Positions 16,034 through 25,015 of a DNA stretch of 37,161 bases are shown here, piece by piece. Each line of letters begins with the position of its first letter. The first letter of the stretch is position 1. Source of the stretch: a virus; the UHGV virus genome UHGV-0110762. One strand, given 5' to 3'. The translations under genes were made by a program, and so were the position numbers. The notes under the pieces are model-generated. The model made no database searches and was not told the DNA's origin. It worked only from the letters and a program-made list of their open reading frames with translations.

Positions 16034-16321
16034 ATGTCTCAATTTGATGCCACTTCGAACACAAAAATGAACCTAACAAGAGGTCATATGCGTCTAACTG
16101 TATTAGATGACGATCCCGGCAGGAAGATTAATCTCGGTGTAGAGCGATACGCTGTTTTTCTCGATGGTATAGAGGTTAAGCATGTCTTCACTGCTGACGA
16201 TGAGAAGGGCGAAGTAATCGCAGCCGTTCCTGATGAGCGTGGTTATATGACGACAGAGAACGGTGAAGTGAAGCGGCATACGCTTCACGGCTCTGTGAGG
16301 ATTGAACCATGCCAGCGTTAA
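16034..16321 (+). CDS. Hypothetical small protein (95 aa, or 77 aa from ATG 16088 which has an AGAGG RBS)
   Basis: ORF divergent from the 15502..15942 gene across an AT-rich intergenic region. Confidence 0.4.
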   Translation: MSQFDATSNTKMNLTRGHMRLTVLDDDPGRKINLGVERYAVFLDGIEVKHVFTADDEKGEVIAAVPDERGYMTTENGEVKRHTLHGSVRIEPCQR

Positions 16322-16446
16322 TCCCTCGCGCATGTCGCAAGAGAGGTTGTCCCGGTACGACTACGGACCGTTCAGGCTACTGCGCTGATCACAAAGACTT
16401 TACCGCAGGCCATGTAGTCTTCGCGCTTCAGATGGCTCGGTGGTAG
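16309..16446 (+). pseudogene. Probable N-terminal remnant of a phage HNH endonuclease (45 codons)
   Basis: Translation MPALIPRACRKRGCPGTTTDRSGYCADHK matches the characteristic N-terminus (C...GC......YC..H) of HNH endonucleases found next to terminase genes, but the ORF stops after 45 codons and lacks the HNH core. Confidence 0.35.
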
Positions 16447-16478
16447 GATTATCCTCTTTTTAAATAAGGGATATATCA

Positions 16479-16778
16479 ATGAAAAAGACAATTCTGGGTG
16501 TCATTGCTTTGGGTCTGGTCGGTTGCGCGACGGTGGGTAAAGACTTTTCGGAAGCAGATGTCACCTCAATCCAAAAGGGGGTTACGACTGAGCAGGCTGT
16601 TTTGCAGAAGTTCGGTAAGCCAACCTCAGTAACTGCCGATTCCGAGGGCAATAAGATTTATGGTTGGACCTACGCTCATGCAACAGCGTTCAGCGTGGGG
16701 CAGGGCAAATCGCTCGTCGTCAAAGTAAATAAGGACGGCGTGGTGGATTCATACATCGTGAGCACTTCAAGACCGTAG
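16479..16778 (+). CDS. Lipoprotein with SmpA/OmlA (BamE-like) domain; moron in the bor-equivalent position
   Basis: Signal peptide MKKTILGVIALGLVGC with lipobox LVGC; mature domain pattern G.T..QV...G.P.......Y.W.Y.......L.V.F...G.V as in BamE/OmlA. Confidence 0.7.
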   Translation: MKKTILGVIALGLVGCATVGKDFSEADVTSIQKGVTTEQAVLQKFGKPTSVTADSEGNKIYGWTYAHATAFSVGQGKSLVVKVNKDGVVDSYIVSTSRP

Positions 16779-16931
16779 CATGCTATTTGCAGCCTCGCTC
16801 TCGCGGGGCTGATAGTTAACATCATCATGTGAAGACACATGCTCATGTCAATTACCCCTCAGCGCACCCGGCGCAACGAACGTAATACCTATTCTTTTAA
16901 CCTGCTTATCAGGCATAACCAGAGGCCCAAT

Positions 16932-17273
16932 ATGGCTAAAAACTACTACCAGGACGGCAATACAATGGACTGGCATAACGGGACCACAAAAGATGTGGTG
17001 TCAGGTCAACCGGTGATTGTTGGTGCGATCATCGGTATCGCTCAGCACGATATCGCCGCCAGCGGTGATGGTGTTCTGATGATGACCGGAGTATTCGTCT
17101 TGCCGAAGGTTGCAGCTGAGACCTAGCAGCGCGGGGTCCGACTCTGGCTGACGAAAGATGGCAAGTTGACCAGTAGCTCGAAGGATGGCACTGATGACAA
17201 CGCCGTTGCAGGCACTGCGTGGATTACCACCAATGCAAACGACCCTGAGGGTCGCGTTCGCCTCGGCTTCTAA
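16932..17273 (+). pseudogene. DUF2190 / phage cement (head decoration)-like paralog interrupted by an in-frame amber codon (TAG 17124-17126); uninterrupted product ends at 17126
   Basis: ATG 16932 with AGAGG RBS; translation aligns residue-for-residue with the decoration gene at 23859..24182 (LPKVAAET*QRGVRLWL vs LPKLAADDIAQGKTVYF) and the frame stays open after the TAG to a TAA at 17271-17273. Confidence 0.5.
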
Positions 17274-17380
17274 CCATCAGCCCCATCCAGCGCCCAGACT
17301 AGCCGGGCAACCCCGCCAGATCCCCACCTCAACTGATAACCATTCTCATATGGACGGGTCCTCCCGGAGGGGTGGCCTGC

Positions 17381-17410
17381 CACGAGGCGGCGGGCACGCG
17401 GAAAACGGCT
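17381..17410. other. Candidate cos (cosN-like) site upstream of the terminase small subunit
   Basis: AGGCGGCGGGCACGCGGAAAACGGC resembles the lambda cohesive end region GGGCGGCGACCTCGCGGGTTTTCGC (recalled); position immediately 5' of the Nu1-like gene. Confidence 0.3.
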
Positions 17411-17501
17411 AGTTTTCGTGATCCAGGGTCATCATCATCATGTGCATAACTGTATGATTTTTATCAGTGACGTTTTGCAATGATGTCGAATCGTTCAAAA
17501 A

Positions 17502-18002
17502 GTGTTCACCATCATGGACCAGGAGCTTTCCACCCTGAAGCTGAACATCAATCAGCTGGCAGGGATCACCGGCGTTCATCGCCAGACCGTTGCCGCCAGG
17601 CTTAAGCAACTCGAGCCTGCGCTGGGCAGCAACAACAAACTCAAACTCTACCTCATCACTGATGTGCTCACCGAACTGATGGCGCCCGTCGTCGCGTCCA
17701 GCGCCGAAGATATGACGCCCTCGGACAGGCTCGCCCACTGGAAAGCGGAAAACGAGCGGCTCAAATTTGAGCAGGATACCGGCCAGTTAATCCCGGCAGA
17801 TGAGGTGGCCCGTGAATTTTCTGTCATGGCAAAAGCTGTGGTGCAGGTGCTGGAAACGTTACCGGACATTCTGGAGCGTGACTGCGCGCTGAACCCCGCA
17901 GCTGTCAGCCGCGTGCAGAGTGTGATTGACGATCTTCGCGACCAGATTGCGCAGCGCGTGCTGGACGCAGAACCGGAGGAGGATGAGCCAGAGGAGGACT
18001 GA
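17502..18002 (+). CDS. Terminase small subunit, lambda Nu1-like (start may be ATG 17514)
   Basis: N-terminal HTH-like KLNINQLAGITGVHRQTVAARL as in Nu1; overlaps the start of the large subunit gene (TGATG). Confidence 0.7.
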   Translation: MFTIMDQELSTLKLNINQLAGITGVHRQTVAARLKQLEPALGSNNKLKLYLITDVLTELMAPVVASSAEDMTPSDRLAHWKAENERLKFEQDTGQLIPADEVAREFSVMAKAVVQVLETLPDILERDCALNPAAVSRVQSVIDDLRDQIAQRVLDAEPEEDEPEED

Positions 18003-20104
18003 TGGCGAAGCGGGCATCTGCCCGGGGGATCCGAAAGGATGTCCCTGGAATACTTCGTGCCCCACGCCGCATGCTGGTGGCCGATGCAGTCAGTAAATTT
18101 ATGCGCGTGCCAATGGGTGCCGGTAACTCCGTTCCCTGGGATCCGAACCTGGCTCCGTATGTACTCGAGCCAATGAACTGCCTGGCGTCGCGTGAGTATG
18201 ACGCGGTGGTGTTTGTCGGCCCGGCGCGAACGGGGAAGACAATCGGCCTGATTGACGGGTGGGTGGTTTATAACGTGGTCTGCGACCCGTCTGACATGCT
18301 GATTATTCAGATGACAGAGGAAAAGGCCCGCGAGCACTCGAAGAAACGACTGGATCGCACATTCCGTTGCAGTCCGGAAGTGGCAACCCGCCTGAGTCCC
18401 CGCAGGAACGATAACAACGTTTACGACAGGACATTCAGGGCGGGTAACTACCTCAAGATAGGCTGGCCGTCGGTCAATATCATGTCCTCGTCGGATTACA
18501 AGTGCGTCGCCCTGACAGATTATGACCGCTTCCCGGAGGATATCGACGGGGAAGGTGATGCATTTTCCCTGGCCTCCAAGCGTACCACCACGTTTATGTC
18601 GTCCGGCATGACGCTGGTTGAGAGTTCGCCAGGCCGGGACATTCGCGATACGAAGTGGCGCCGGAGCTCGGCGCACGAAGCCCCACCCACAACCGGCATT
18701 CTGTCACTGTACAACCGCGGCGACCGCCGCCGCTGGTACTGGCCATGTCCGCATTGTGGTGAGTTTTTCCAGCCAGAGATGACGGCGATGACCGGTTACC
18801 GGGAAATCAGCGATCCGGTAAAGGCCAGCGAAGCGGCCTGTATCCATTGCCCTTCCTGCTCCGGGGTGATCACCGCCGACCTGAAACGTTCCCTGAATAT
18901 GAAAGGTGTCTGGCTGCGTGAGGATCAGCAGATCGACAGCAGCGGAACAATAACGGGCACCGGACGGCGGTCGCGAATAGCGTCGTTCTGGATGGAAGGC
19001 CCGGCAGCTGCATATCAGACCTGGGCACAACTGGTTTACAAACTGCTGACCGCTGAACAGGAGTACGAGGCGACCGGCAGCGAAGAAACGCTGAAGACGG
19101 TCATTAACACCGACTGGGGACTCCCGTATCTCCCGCGCTCCAGCATTGAACAACGTAAAGGTGAGGAGCTGCAGCAGCGCGCCGAACCTGTTGAGCGCCG
19201 GCGCGTGCCTGCTGGCGTCAACTTCCTGGTGGCGACCGTCGATGTTCAGGGCGGTAAAAACCGGCGATTTGTGGTGCAGGTTGTTGGCTACGGCGCCCAC
19301 GGCGAGCGTTGGGTGGTTGACCGGTACAACATCATGCAGTCGATGCGCACCACGCCTGACGGCGAAAGCTACCACATCGATCCTGCCAGCTATCCGGAGG
19401 ACTGGGATCTGCTGCGCACCGATGTGCTGGAGAAAACCTGGGCGCTTGATGGCGAACCGGGCAAGCGAATGGGTCTGCTGGCCATGGCCGTCGACTCCGG
19501 TGGTGAAGATGGCGTTACCGACAATGCCTATGAGTTCTGGCGGCGCTGTCGCCGTGACGGTCTGCAGCGCAAAGTCTGGCTGTTCAAGGGTGACAGCCAG
19601 ACCAGGGCGAAGCTGATTACCAAAACCTACCCGGATAACACCGGGCGTTCTACCCGGCGCGCGAAGGCCGCCGGTGATGTCCCTCTCTACCTTCTCCAGA
19701 CCAACGCACTGAAAGACCGGATCAACAACGCGCTTTGGCGCGATGTGCCGGGGCCGAACTTCGTGCATTTCCCTGACTGGCTGGGAGGGTGGTTTTACGA
19801 CGAACTGACCTATGAGGAGCGATCAGCTGATGGGAAATGGACGAAGCCTGGTAAGGGGGCTAACGAAGCGTTTGACCTTATGGTTTACGCACATGCCCTG
19901 GTCATTCTTCATGGTTACGAAAAGATTAAGTGGCCTGATGCCCCTGAGTGGGCGCGCCGGGAGAGTTATCTGGTGGTTGAGCCATCGCCAGACGCGCCTG
20001 CAGTGGCACCGGAGCCGGTTGCAAAACCGTCAGTATCAGAGCCTAAGGCTAAGAAACCAGCCCGTGAATCGGCATGGTCATCATCATCAGGAGGCTGGGT
20101 GTGA
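18002..20104 (+). CDS. Terminase large subunit, lambda gpA family
   Basis: 700 aa; N-terminus and Walker A-like VFVGPARTGKT, size and gene order as lambda A. Confidence 0.9.
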   Translation: MAKRASARGIRKDVPGILRAPRRMLVADAVSKFMRVPMGAGNSVPWDPNLAPYVLEPMNCLASREYDAVVFVGPARTGKTIGLIDGWVVYNVVCDPSDMLIIQMTEEKAREHSKKRLDRTFRCSPEVATRLSPRRNDNNVYDRTFRAGNYLKIGWPSVNIMSSSDYKCVALTDYDRFPEDIDGEGDAFSLASKRTTTFMSSGMTLVESSPGRDIRDTKWRRSSAHEAPPTTGILSLYNRGDRRRWYWPCPHCGEFFQPEMTAMTGYREISDPVKASEAACIHCPSCSGVITADLKRSLNMKGVWLREDQQIDSSGTITGTGRRSRIASFWMEGPAAAYQTWAQLVYKLLTAEQEYEATGSEETLKTVINTDWGLPYLPRSSIEQRKGEELQQRAEPVERRRVPAGVNFLVATVDVQGGKNRRFVVQVVGYGAHGERWVVDRYNIMQSMRTTPDGESYHIDPASYPEDWDLLRTDVLEKTWALDGEPGKRMGLLAMAVDSGGEDGVTDNAYEFWRRCRRDGLQRKVWLFKGDSQTRAKLITKTYPDNTGRSTRRAKAAGDVPLYLLQTNALKDRINNALWRDVPGPNFVHFPDWLGGWFYDELTYEERSADGKWTKPGKGANEAFDLMVYAHALVILHGYEKIKWPDAPEWARRESYLVVEPSPDAPAVAPEPVAKPSVSEPKAKKPARESAWSSSSGGWV

Positions 20105-20322
20105 ATCTCAATGATATTCAGGACATGGTTCGCCGCTATACCGAAGCGGAAATGGCGATCCTGCAGGGTAAGTCCATTACGTTTAACGGTCAGCAGATGA
20201 CCATGGAGAACCTGAGCGAGATCCGGAAGGGCCGCCAGGAGTGGGAGCGAAAGCAGGCTGCTGCCGTGGCTGCCGCAGCGGGCAGGGGTGGCCCCTTTAA
20301 ACTGGCGAGGTTCCCGCGATGA
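20101..20322 (+). CDS. Head-tail joining protein, gpW-like
   Basis: GTG 20101 after AGGAGG RBS, GTGA overlap with the terminase gene; about 73 aa, position and size of lambda W. Confidence 0.55.
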   Translation: MNLNDIQDMVRRYTEAEMAILQGKSITFNGQQMTMENLSEIRKGRQEWERKQAAAVAAAAGRGGPFKLARFPR

Positions 20323-21821
20323 GCGCCCTGGATAATCTGATAGGCATGTTTTCCCCGGGCTGGAAAGCGGAGCGCCTGAAGTCGCGCCTGATGATCCAGG
20401 CATATGAGGCTGTCATTCCTACCCGGACGCACCGGGCAAAACGCGAAAACCGCTCCGCGAATCAGTTGACGCAATTCGGCGGGCGATCGCTGCGCGAACA
20501 AGCCCGGTGGCTTGACTGTAACCACGATCTGGTGATCGGCCTCCTTGATAAACTCGAAGAGCGCATTGTGGGGGCAAAAGGCATCATCGTGGAGCCGCAG
20601 CCCCTGATGAGTAACGGGGGCATCGCTACTGACCTTGCTACACAGATCCGCGCCAAATGGGCGGAGTGGTCCGTTTCTCCCGATGTTACCGGGCAGTTTA
20701 CCCGACCAGTGCTTGAGCGCCTGATGTGCCGGACCTGGTTACGTGACGGCGAGGTGTTCGCGCAGCTGGTCAGTGGCACCGGGAACGGTCTGTCGCCGGT
20801 GGCAGACATTCCTTTCTGGATTGAGGCTCTGGAACCGGATTTTGTGCCGATGGAGCGGACAGAGCCGGGTCAGAAGTTATGCCAGGGCATTTACCTGAAT
20901 GACTGGGGCCGCCCGACCCGATACATGGTCTACAAAAACCTTCCGGCGGAAGGCATGCGCCAGGGAGATACCAAGGATATTCAGGCGGAGAATATGCTTC
21001 ACCTGAAGTTCATGCGCCGCCTGCATCAAATCCGGGGTAACTCACTGCTTGCCGGGGTGCTGATGCGTCTTTCGGCGCTGAAGGAGTACGAGGACGCCGA
21101 ACTGACCGCTGCCCGCATTGCTGCGGCACTGGGCATGTTCATTAAAAAAGGTGATGGCCAGACTTATGACGAAGGCAGCAGCGGTCAAAGGGAGCTAAAC
21201 ATCGAGCCCGGCATGCTGTTTGACGATCTCCGCCCGGGTGAAGACATCGGCATGATCAAGTCAGACCGACCAAATCCCAACCTCGAAACTTTCCGTAATA
21301 GCCAGCTACGTGCTGTAGCCGCTGGTTCGCGCGGTAGCTTTTCAAGTATCGCCCGTAACTACGACGGAACATACAGCGCGCAGCGCCAGGAGCTGGTGGA
21401 GTCAACCGAAGGCTATTTCATTCTTCAGGACGCATTCATCGCGGCGATCACACGACCTATGTACCGGGCCTGGCTCAGGATGGCGATTGCTTCAGGCGAG
21501 ATCACGGTCCCGAAAAATGTCGATAAAGCCACGCTCTTTAGCGCCGTGTTCTCCGGGCCCGTTATGCCCTGGATTGACCCGGTCAAAGAGGCGAACGCCT
21601 GGAAAATTCTGCTGCGTGGCGGTGCTGCGACAGAGAGTGAATGGGTGCGCGCCCGCGGCGCAAATCCTGATGATGTTAAGCGCCGCCGTAAGGCGGAGGT
21701 TGACGAGAACCGTAAACAGGGGCTGGTGTTTGATACCGACCCGGCAAATGACAAAGGAGACACTCGTGTCCAGGAAGCAAAACCGGGTAAAGAACCGCCC
21801 GAAAGCCCAGGCAAAAAATAG
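20319..21821 (+). CDS. Portal protein, lambda gpB family
   Basis: 500 aa following the W-like gene with ATGA overlap; size and order as lambda B. Confidence 0.85.
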   Translation: MSALDNLIGMFSPGWKAERLKSRLMIQAYEAVIPTRTHRAKRENRSANQLTQFGGRSLREQARWLDCNHDLVIGLLDKLEERIVGAKGIIVEPQPLMSNGGIATDLATQIRAKWAEWSVSPDVTGQFTRPVLERLMCRTWLRDGEVFAQLVSGTGNGLSPVADIPFWIEALEPDFVPMERTEPGQKLCQGIYLNDWGRPTRYMVYKNLPAEGMRQGDTKDIQAENMLHLKFMRRLHQIRGNSLLAGVLMRLSALKEYEDAELTAARIAAALGMFIKKGDGQTYDEGSSGQRELNIEPGMLFDDLRPGEDIGMIKSDRPNPNLETFRNSQLRAVAAGSRGSFSSIARNYDGTYSAQRQELVESTEGYFILQDAFIAAITRPMYRAWLRMAIASGEITVPKNVDKATLFSAVFSGPVMPWIDPVKEANAWKILLRGGAATESEWVRARGANPDDVKRRRKAEVDENRKQGLVFDTDPANDKGDTRVQEAKPGKEPPESPGKK

Positions 21822-23778
21822 CTGGTTCCGTATGCAGGCCAGTTCGGAAAACGAAGCCGAAATCTACATCTACGACGAGATCGGCTACTGGGGGGTAACG
21901 GCGAAGCAGTTCGTCGCAAACCTTAAGGCGCTGGGCGATGTCACCCACATCAAACTGCATATCAACTCCCCTGGTGGCGATGTCTTTGACGGTATCGCCA
22001 TTTTTAATGCCCTGAAATTCCACGGCGCGGCGATCACCGTTTATATCGACGGTCTGGCTGCCTCAATGGCATCAGTCATCGCCATGGTAGGAAACCCGGT
22101 CATCATGCCGGAAAACACCATGATGATGATCCACAAGCCGTGGGGTTTTGCGGGTGGTGATGCTGATGACATGCGCGACTACGCCGACCTGCTCGACAAA
22201 GTGGAGTCGGTGTTGATCCCGGCATACGCGCAGAAGACGGGAAAAAGCACCGAAGAAATTGCGGCAATGCTGGAGGAAGAGACCTGGCTCTCCAGCACTG
22301 AATGTCTGGAGCTGGGCTTCGCTGACCAGGTCACACCATCCTTGCAGGCAATGGCCTGCATCCATTCGAAACGTATTGAGGAATTTGAAAAGATGCCAAA
22401 CAGCATTCGCAACATGGTCACCCCGCCGCGCAATACCGCTACGCGCGAAACACAGCAGCCAACTGTCACCCAGCCGGCTCCGGCGGCAGGTGCCAGCGAA
22501 ACTGATATCCGTGCGCAGGTTATTGCGGAGCAAAAGGCACGCGTGAACGGTATTCAGGATCTCTTCGCCATGTTCGGCGGAAAGCATCAGGAGCTGCAGG
22601 CTAAATGTATTGCCGATCCAGAGTGCTCGGTCAGCCAGGCGAAAGATGTTCTTCTGGCAGAGCTCGGTAAAAATGCCACGCCGTCCAACACCACTACGCA
22701 GGGGCAGGCCCATGTGTATGCCGGGAACGGTAACTTTGTTGGCGACGGGATCCGCCAGGCGCTGATGGCGCGTGCCGGTTATGAAAATGTTGAGCGTGAC
22801 AACGTCTATAACGGTATGACGCTGCGCGAATACGCCCGCATGTCCTTGACCGAGCGCGGCATCGGGGTCTCCAGTTACAACCCGATGCAGATGGTCGGTT
22901 TTGCGCTGACGCACAGCACCTCCGATTTTGGCAATATCCTGCTCGATGTCGCCAACAAAGCGCTGTTGCAGGGCTGGGATGAAGCGGCAGAGACCTTTGA
23001 ACTCTGGACCAAAAAAGGCCAGCTCTCTGACTTCAAAACGGCGCATCGCGTCGGCATGGGGGGCTTCCCGTCCCTGCGTCAGGTGCGAGAGGGCGCGGAG
23101 TATAAGTACATCACCACGCAGGATAAGGGTGAAACCATCGCGCTGGCTACTTACGGTGAGATCTTCTCCATCACCCGCCAGGCCATTATCAACGATGACC
23201 TGAACCAGCTGACTGACGTTCCGATGAAGATGGGCCGCGCTGCAAAAGCCACTATCGGTGACCTGGTCTACGCCGTGCTGACCGGTAACGGGAAACTTTC
23301 AGATGGCAAGGCGCTCTTCCATGCTGACCATGCCAACCTTTCAGCTGGCGCCATCAGCGTTGACAGCCTGGATAAGGCCCGCCAGAACATGCGCAAGCAG
23401 AAAGAGGGCGAGCGCGCCCTGAACATTCGTCCGGCCTACATGCTGGTTCCGGTGGGTCTGGAAACATTAGCCAGCCAGACCATTAAGTCAGCAAGCGTGA
23501 AAGGGGCTGATATCAATGCCGGCGTGGTGAACCCGCTGCAGAACTTTGCCGAAGTGATCGCAGAAGCGCGTCTGGATGACGCCGACCCGGCGGCCTGGTA
23601 TCTGGCTGCCGCACAGGGCACCGATACCATCGAAGTGGCGTACCTCAATGGCATTGATGCCCCGTACATCGACCAGCAGGAAGGTTTCACCACTGATGGT
23701 GTTGCGACGAAAGTCCGCATCGATGCTGGTGTGGCGCCGCTGGATTATCGCGGCCTGGCGAAATCATCCGGTAAGTAA
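21766..23778 (+). CDS. Prohead protease (ClpP/S14-like) - scaffold - major capsid protein fusion; start uncertain (GTG 21766 after AAGGAG, or ATG 21748)
   Basis: N-terminal WF..AEIYIYDEIGYWG...INSPGGDVFDGIAI ClpP-like protease signature; C-terminal about 300 aa capsid-like; ORF track start 21487 lies deep inside the portal gene and is rejected. Confidence 0.75.
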   Translation: MSRKQNRVKNRPKAQAKNSWFRMQASSENEAEIYIYDEIGYWGVTAKQFVANLKALGDVTHIKLHINSPGGDVFDGIAIFNALKFHGAAITVYIDGLAASMASVIAMVGNPVIMPENTMMMIHKPWGFAGGDADDMRDYADLLDKVESVLIPAYAQKTGKSTEEIAAMLEEETWLSSTECLELGFADQVTPSLQAMACIHSKRIEEFEKMPNSIRNMVTPPRNTATRETQQPTVTQPAPAAGASETDIRAQVIAEQKARVNGIQDLFAMFGGKHQELQAKCIADPECSVSQAKDVLLAELGKNATPSNTTTQGQAHVYAGNGNFVGDGIRQALMARAGYENVERDNVYNGMTLREYARMSLTERGIGVSSYNPMQMVGFALTHSTSDFGNILLDVANKALLQGWDEAAETFELWTKKGQLSDFKTAHRVGMGGFPSLRQVREGAEYKYITTQDKGETIALATYGEIFSITRQAIINDDLNQLTDVPMKMGRAAKATIGDLVYAVLTGNGKLSDGKALFHADHANLSAGAISVDSLDKARQNMRKQKEGERALNIRPAYMLVPVGLETLASQTIKSASVKGADINAGVVNPLQNFAEVIAEARLDDADPAAWYLAAAQGTDTIEVAYLNGIDAPYIDQQEGFTTDGVATKVRIDAGVAPLDYRGLAKSSGK

Positions 23779-23796
23779 TCACCCCGACATTGAACC

Positions 23797-23817
23797 GGCC
23801 CGTAAGGGCTTTTTTTA
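23797..23817 (+). terminator. Short hairpin plus T7 tract between capsid and decoration genes (probable partial terminator)
   Basis: GGCCCGTAAGGGC followed by TTTTTTT; a second perfect 8-bp inverted repeat ATGGCCCC-GGCA-GGGGCCAT at 23827-23846 abuts the decoration gene RBS. Confidence 0.45.
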
Positions 23818-23858
23818 TATCTGCAACATGGCCCCGGCAGGGGCCATACGGAGAGCTC

Positions 23859-24182
23859 ATGAAGAATTTCGTACAGGATGGTCACACTATCGATTTGACC
23901 AACTCGGGGTCGGCGGTGATTGCCAGTGGCACGCCGGTTGCCGTTGGGGATGTTCTGGCGATCGCTATCGCTGATATTGCCGTCGGCGAAACTGGTACGG
24001 GCCTCACCAGTGGCGTAGTCCAGTTGCCGAAGCTGGCGGCGGATGATATCGCCCAGGGCAAGACCGTTTACTTCAAAAGCGGGAAAGTGCAACTGGAGGC
24101 CACCGGCGCGACCCCCGCAGGGAAAGCCTGGCAGGCTGCCGGTGCGAACGCCGCCGCCGTACTGGTTAAGCTTAATGGCTAA
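23859..24182 (+). CDS. Head decoration / cement protein (DUF2190 family)
   Basis: ATG 23859; MKNFVQDGHTIDLTN...GVVQLPK...VYFKSGKV...VLVKLNG pattern of the family; located just after the capsid gene. Confidence 0.7.
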   Translation: MKNFVQDGHTIDLTNSGSAVIASGTPVAVGDVLAIAIADIAVGETGTGLTSGVVQLPKLAADDIAQGKTVYFKSGKVQLEATGATPAGKAWQAAGANAAAVLVKLNG

Positions 24183-24450
24183 TCCCTTCGACGCGATGGT
24201 GGCCCGTATGGACGCGGCCACCGTCAATCTGATGGCGGATAAAGTCACGATCAACGGGGTCATTTTTGATGCTGTAGAAAGCCAGTTTGTCGCAGAAATG
24301 GGGCCGCTGGTGGGGGATGGCCTGTCACTGGTGGTGTTCTCCCCGGCAGTGTCGCCACGCAAAGGCGATGTCATTCACTGGAAGGGCCAGGACTACACCG
24401 TTACCCGCAAACAGTTGTTCAACGGTAAGCCACAGATCTGGATTGAGTAA
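24178..24450 (+). CDS. Head-tail attachment protein, lambda FII-like
   Basis: 90 aa, position between decoration and Z-like genes. Confidence 0.55.
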   Translation, partial: ANPFDAMVARMDAATVNLMADKVTINGVIFDAVESQFVAEMGPLVGDGLSLVVFSPAVSPRKGDVIHWKGQDYTVTRKQLFNGKPQIWIE

Positions 24451-24460
24451 TGGAGGCTCT

Positions 24461-25015
24461 ATGTCCATTAAAGGGCTCGAACAGGCGATCGCTAACCTGG
24501 AAAGCATCAGCAAAACCGCTGTGCCACGTGCATCCTCTCAGGCGGTGAACCGTGTGGCCACCCGGGCCATCTCCCGCAGCACCCGTCAGGTTGCGAAGGA
24601 AACCCGGGTGCAGCGAAAACTCGTCAATCAGCGTGCACGCCTGAAGAAAGCCACGGTACGTAAACCGCAGGCCACTATTCGGGTCAACCGGGGCAACCTC
24701 CCGGCGATCAAGCTGGGCGTGGCCAGCGTGCGTCTTTCCCGGCGAAAACGTGACAAGGCCGGTGTCCGAAGCGTTCTGGTCATCGGGCGGTTTCGCTTCC
24801 CGGGCGGATTCATTCAGCAGCTCAAAAACGGGCGCTGGCATGTCCTACGGAGAACCACCAAAAGCCGCTACCCGCTCGAGGTGGTGAGCATTCCTCTGGC
24901 GGTACCGCTGACGGAGGCATTCAAGCAGGAAAGCACCCGCCTGACGGCAACGGATCTTCCGAAAGAGCTCTCAGCGGCCTTACGCAATCAACTGAGGATA
25001 ATCCTGACCAAATGA
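24461..25015 (+). CDS. Z: Minor tail protein Z (tail completion)
   Basis: MSIKGLEQAIANLESISKTAVP... closely resembles lambda gpZ as recalled (MAIKGLEQAVENLSRISKTAVP...), including the C-terminal FIQQLKNGRWHV...LPKEL. Confidence 0.8.
   Translation: MSIKGLEQAIANLESISKTAVPRASSQAVNRVATRAISRSTRQVAKETRVQRKLVNQRARLKKATVRKPQATIRVNRGNLPAIKLGVASVRLSRRKRDKAGVRSVLVIGRFRFPGGFIQQLKNGRWHVLRRTTKSRYPLEVVSIPLAVPLTEAFKQESTRLTATDLPKELSAALRNQLRIILTK

Noticed and set aside
17648-19768. Long minus-strand ORFs (342 aa at 17648..18676 and 354 aa at 18704..19768) inside the terminase genes
   Set aside because: They lie antisense to a strongly supported terminase large subunit gene in GC-rich sequence; translations are Arg/Gly/Pro-rich and not protein-like. 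Treated as shadow ORFs.
21487-21765. ORF-track start at 21487 for the protease-capsid gene
   Set aside because: That start is deep inside the portal gene in another frame; a GTG at 21766 preceded by AAGGAG (or ATG 21748) fits the conserved ClpP-like N-terminus.
22072-23046. 324-aa minus-strand ORF antisense to the protease-capsid gene
   Set aside because: Antisense shadow ORF in GC-rich coding sequence; no RBS or protein-like composition.
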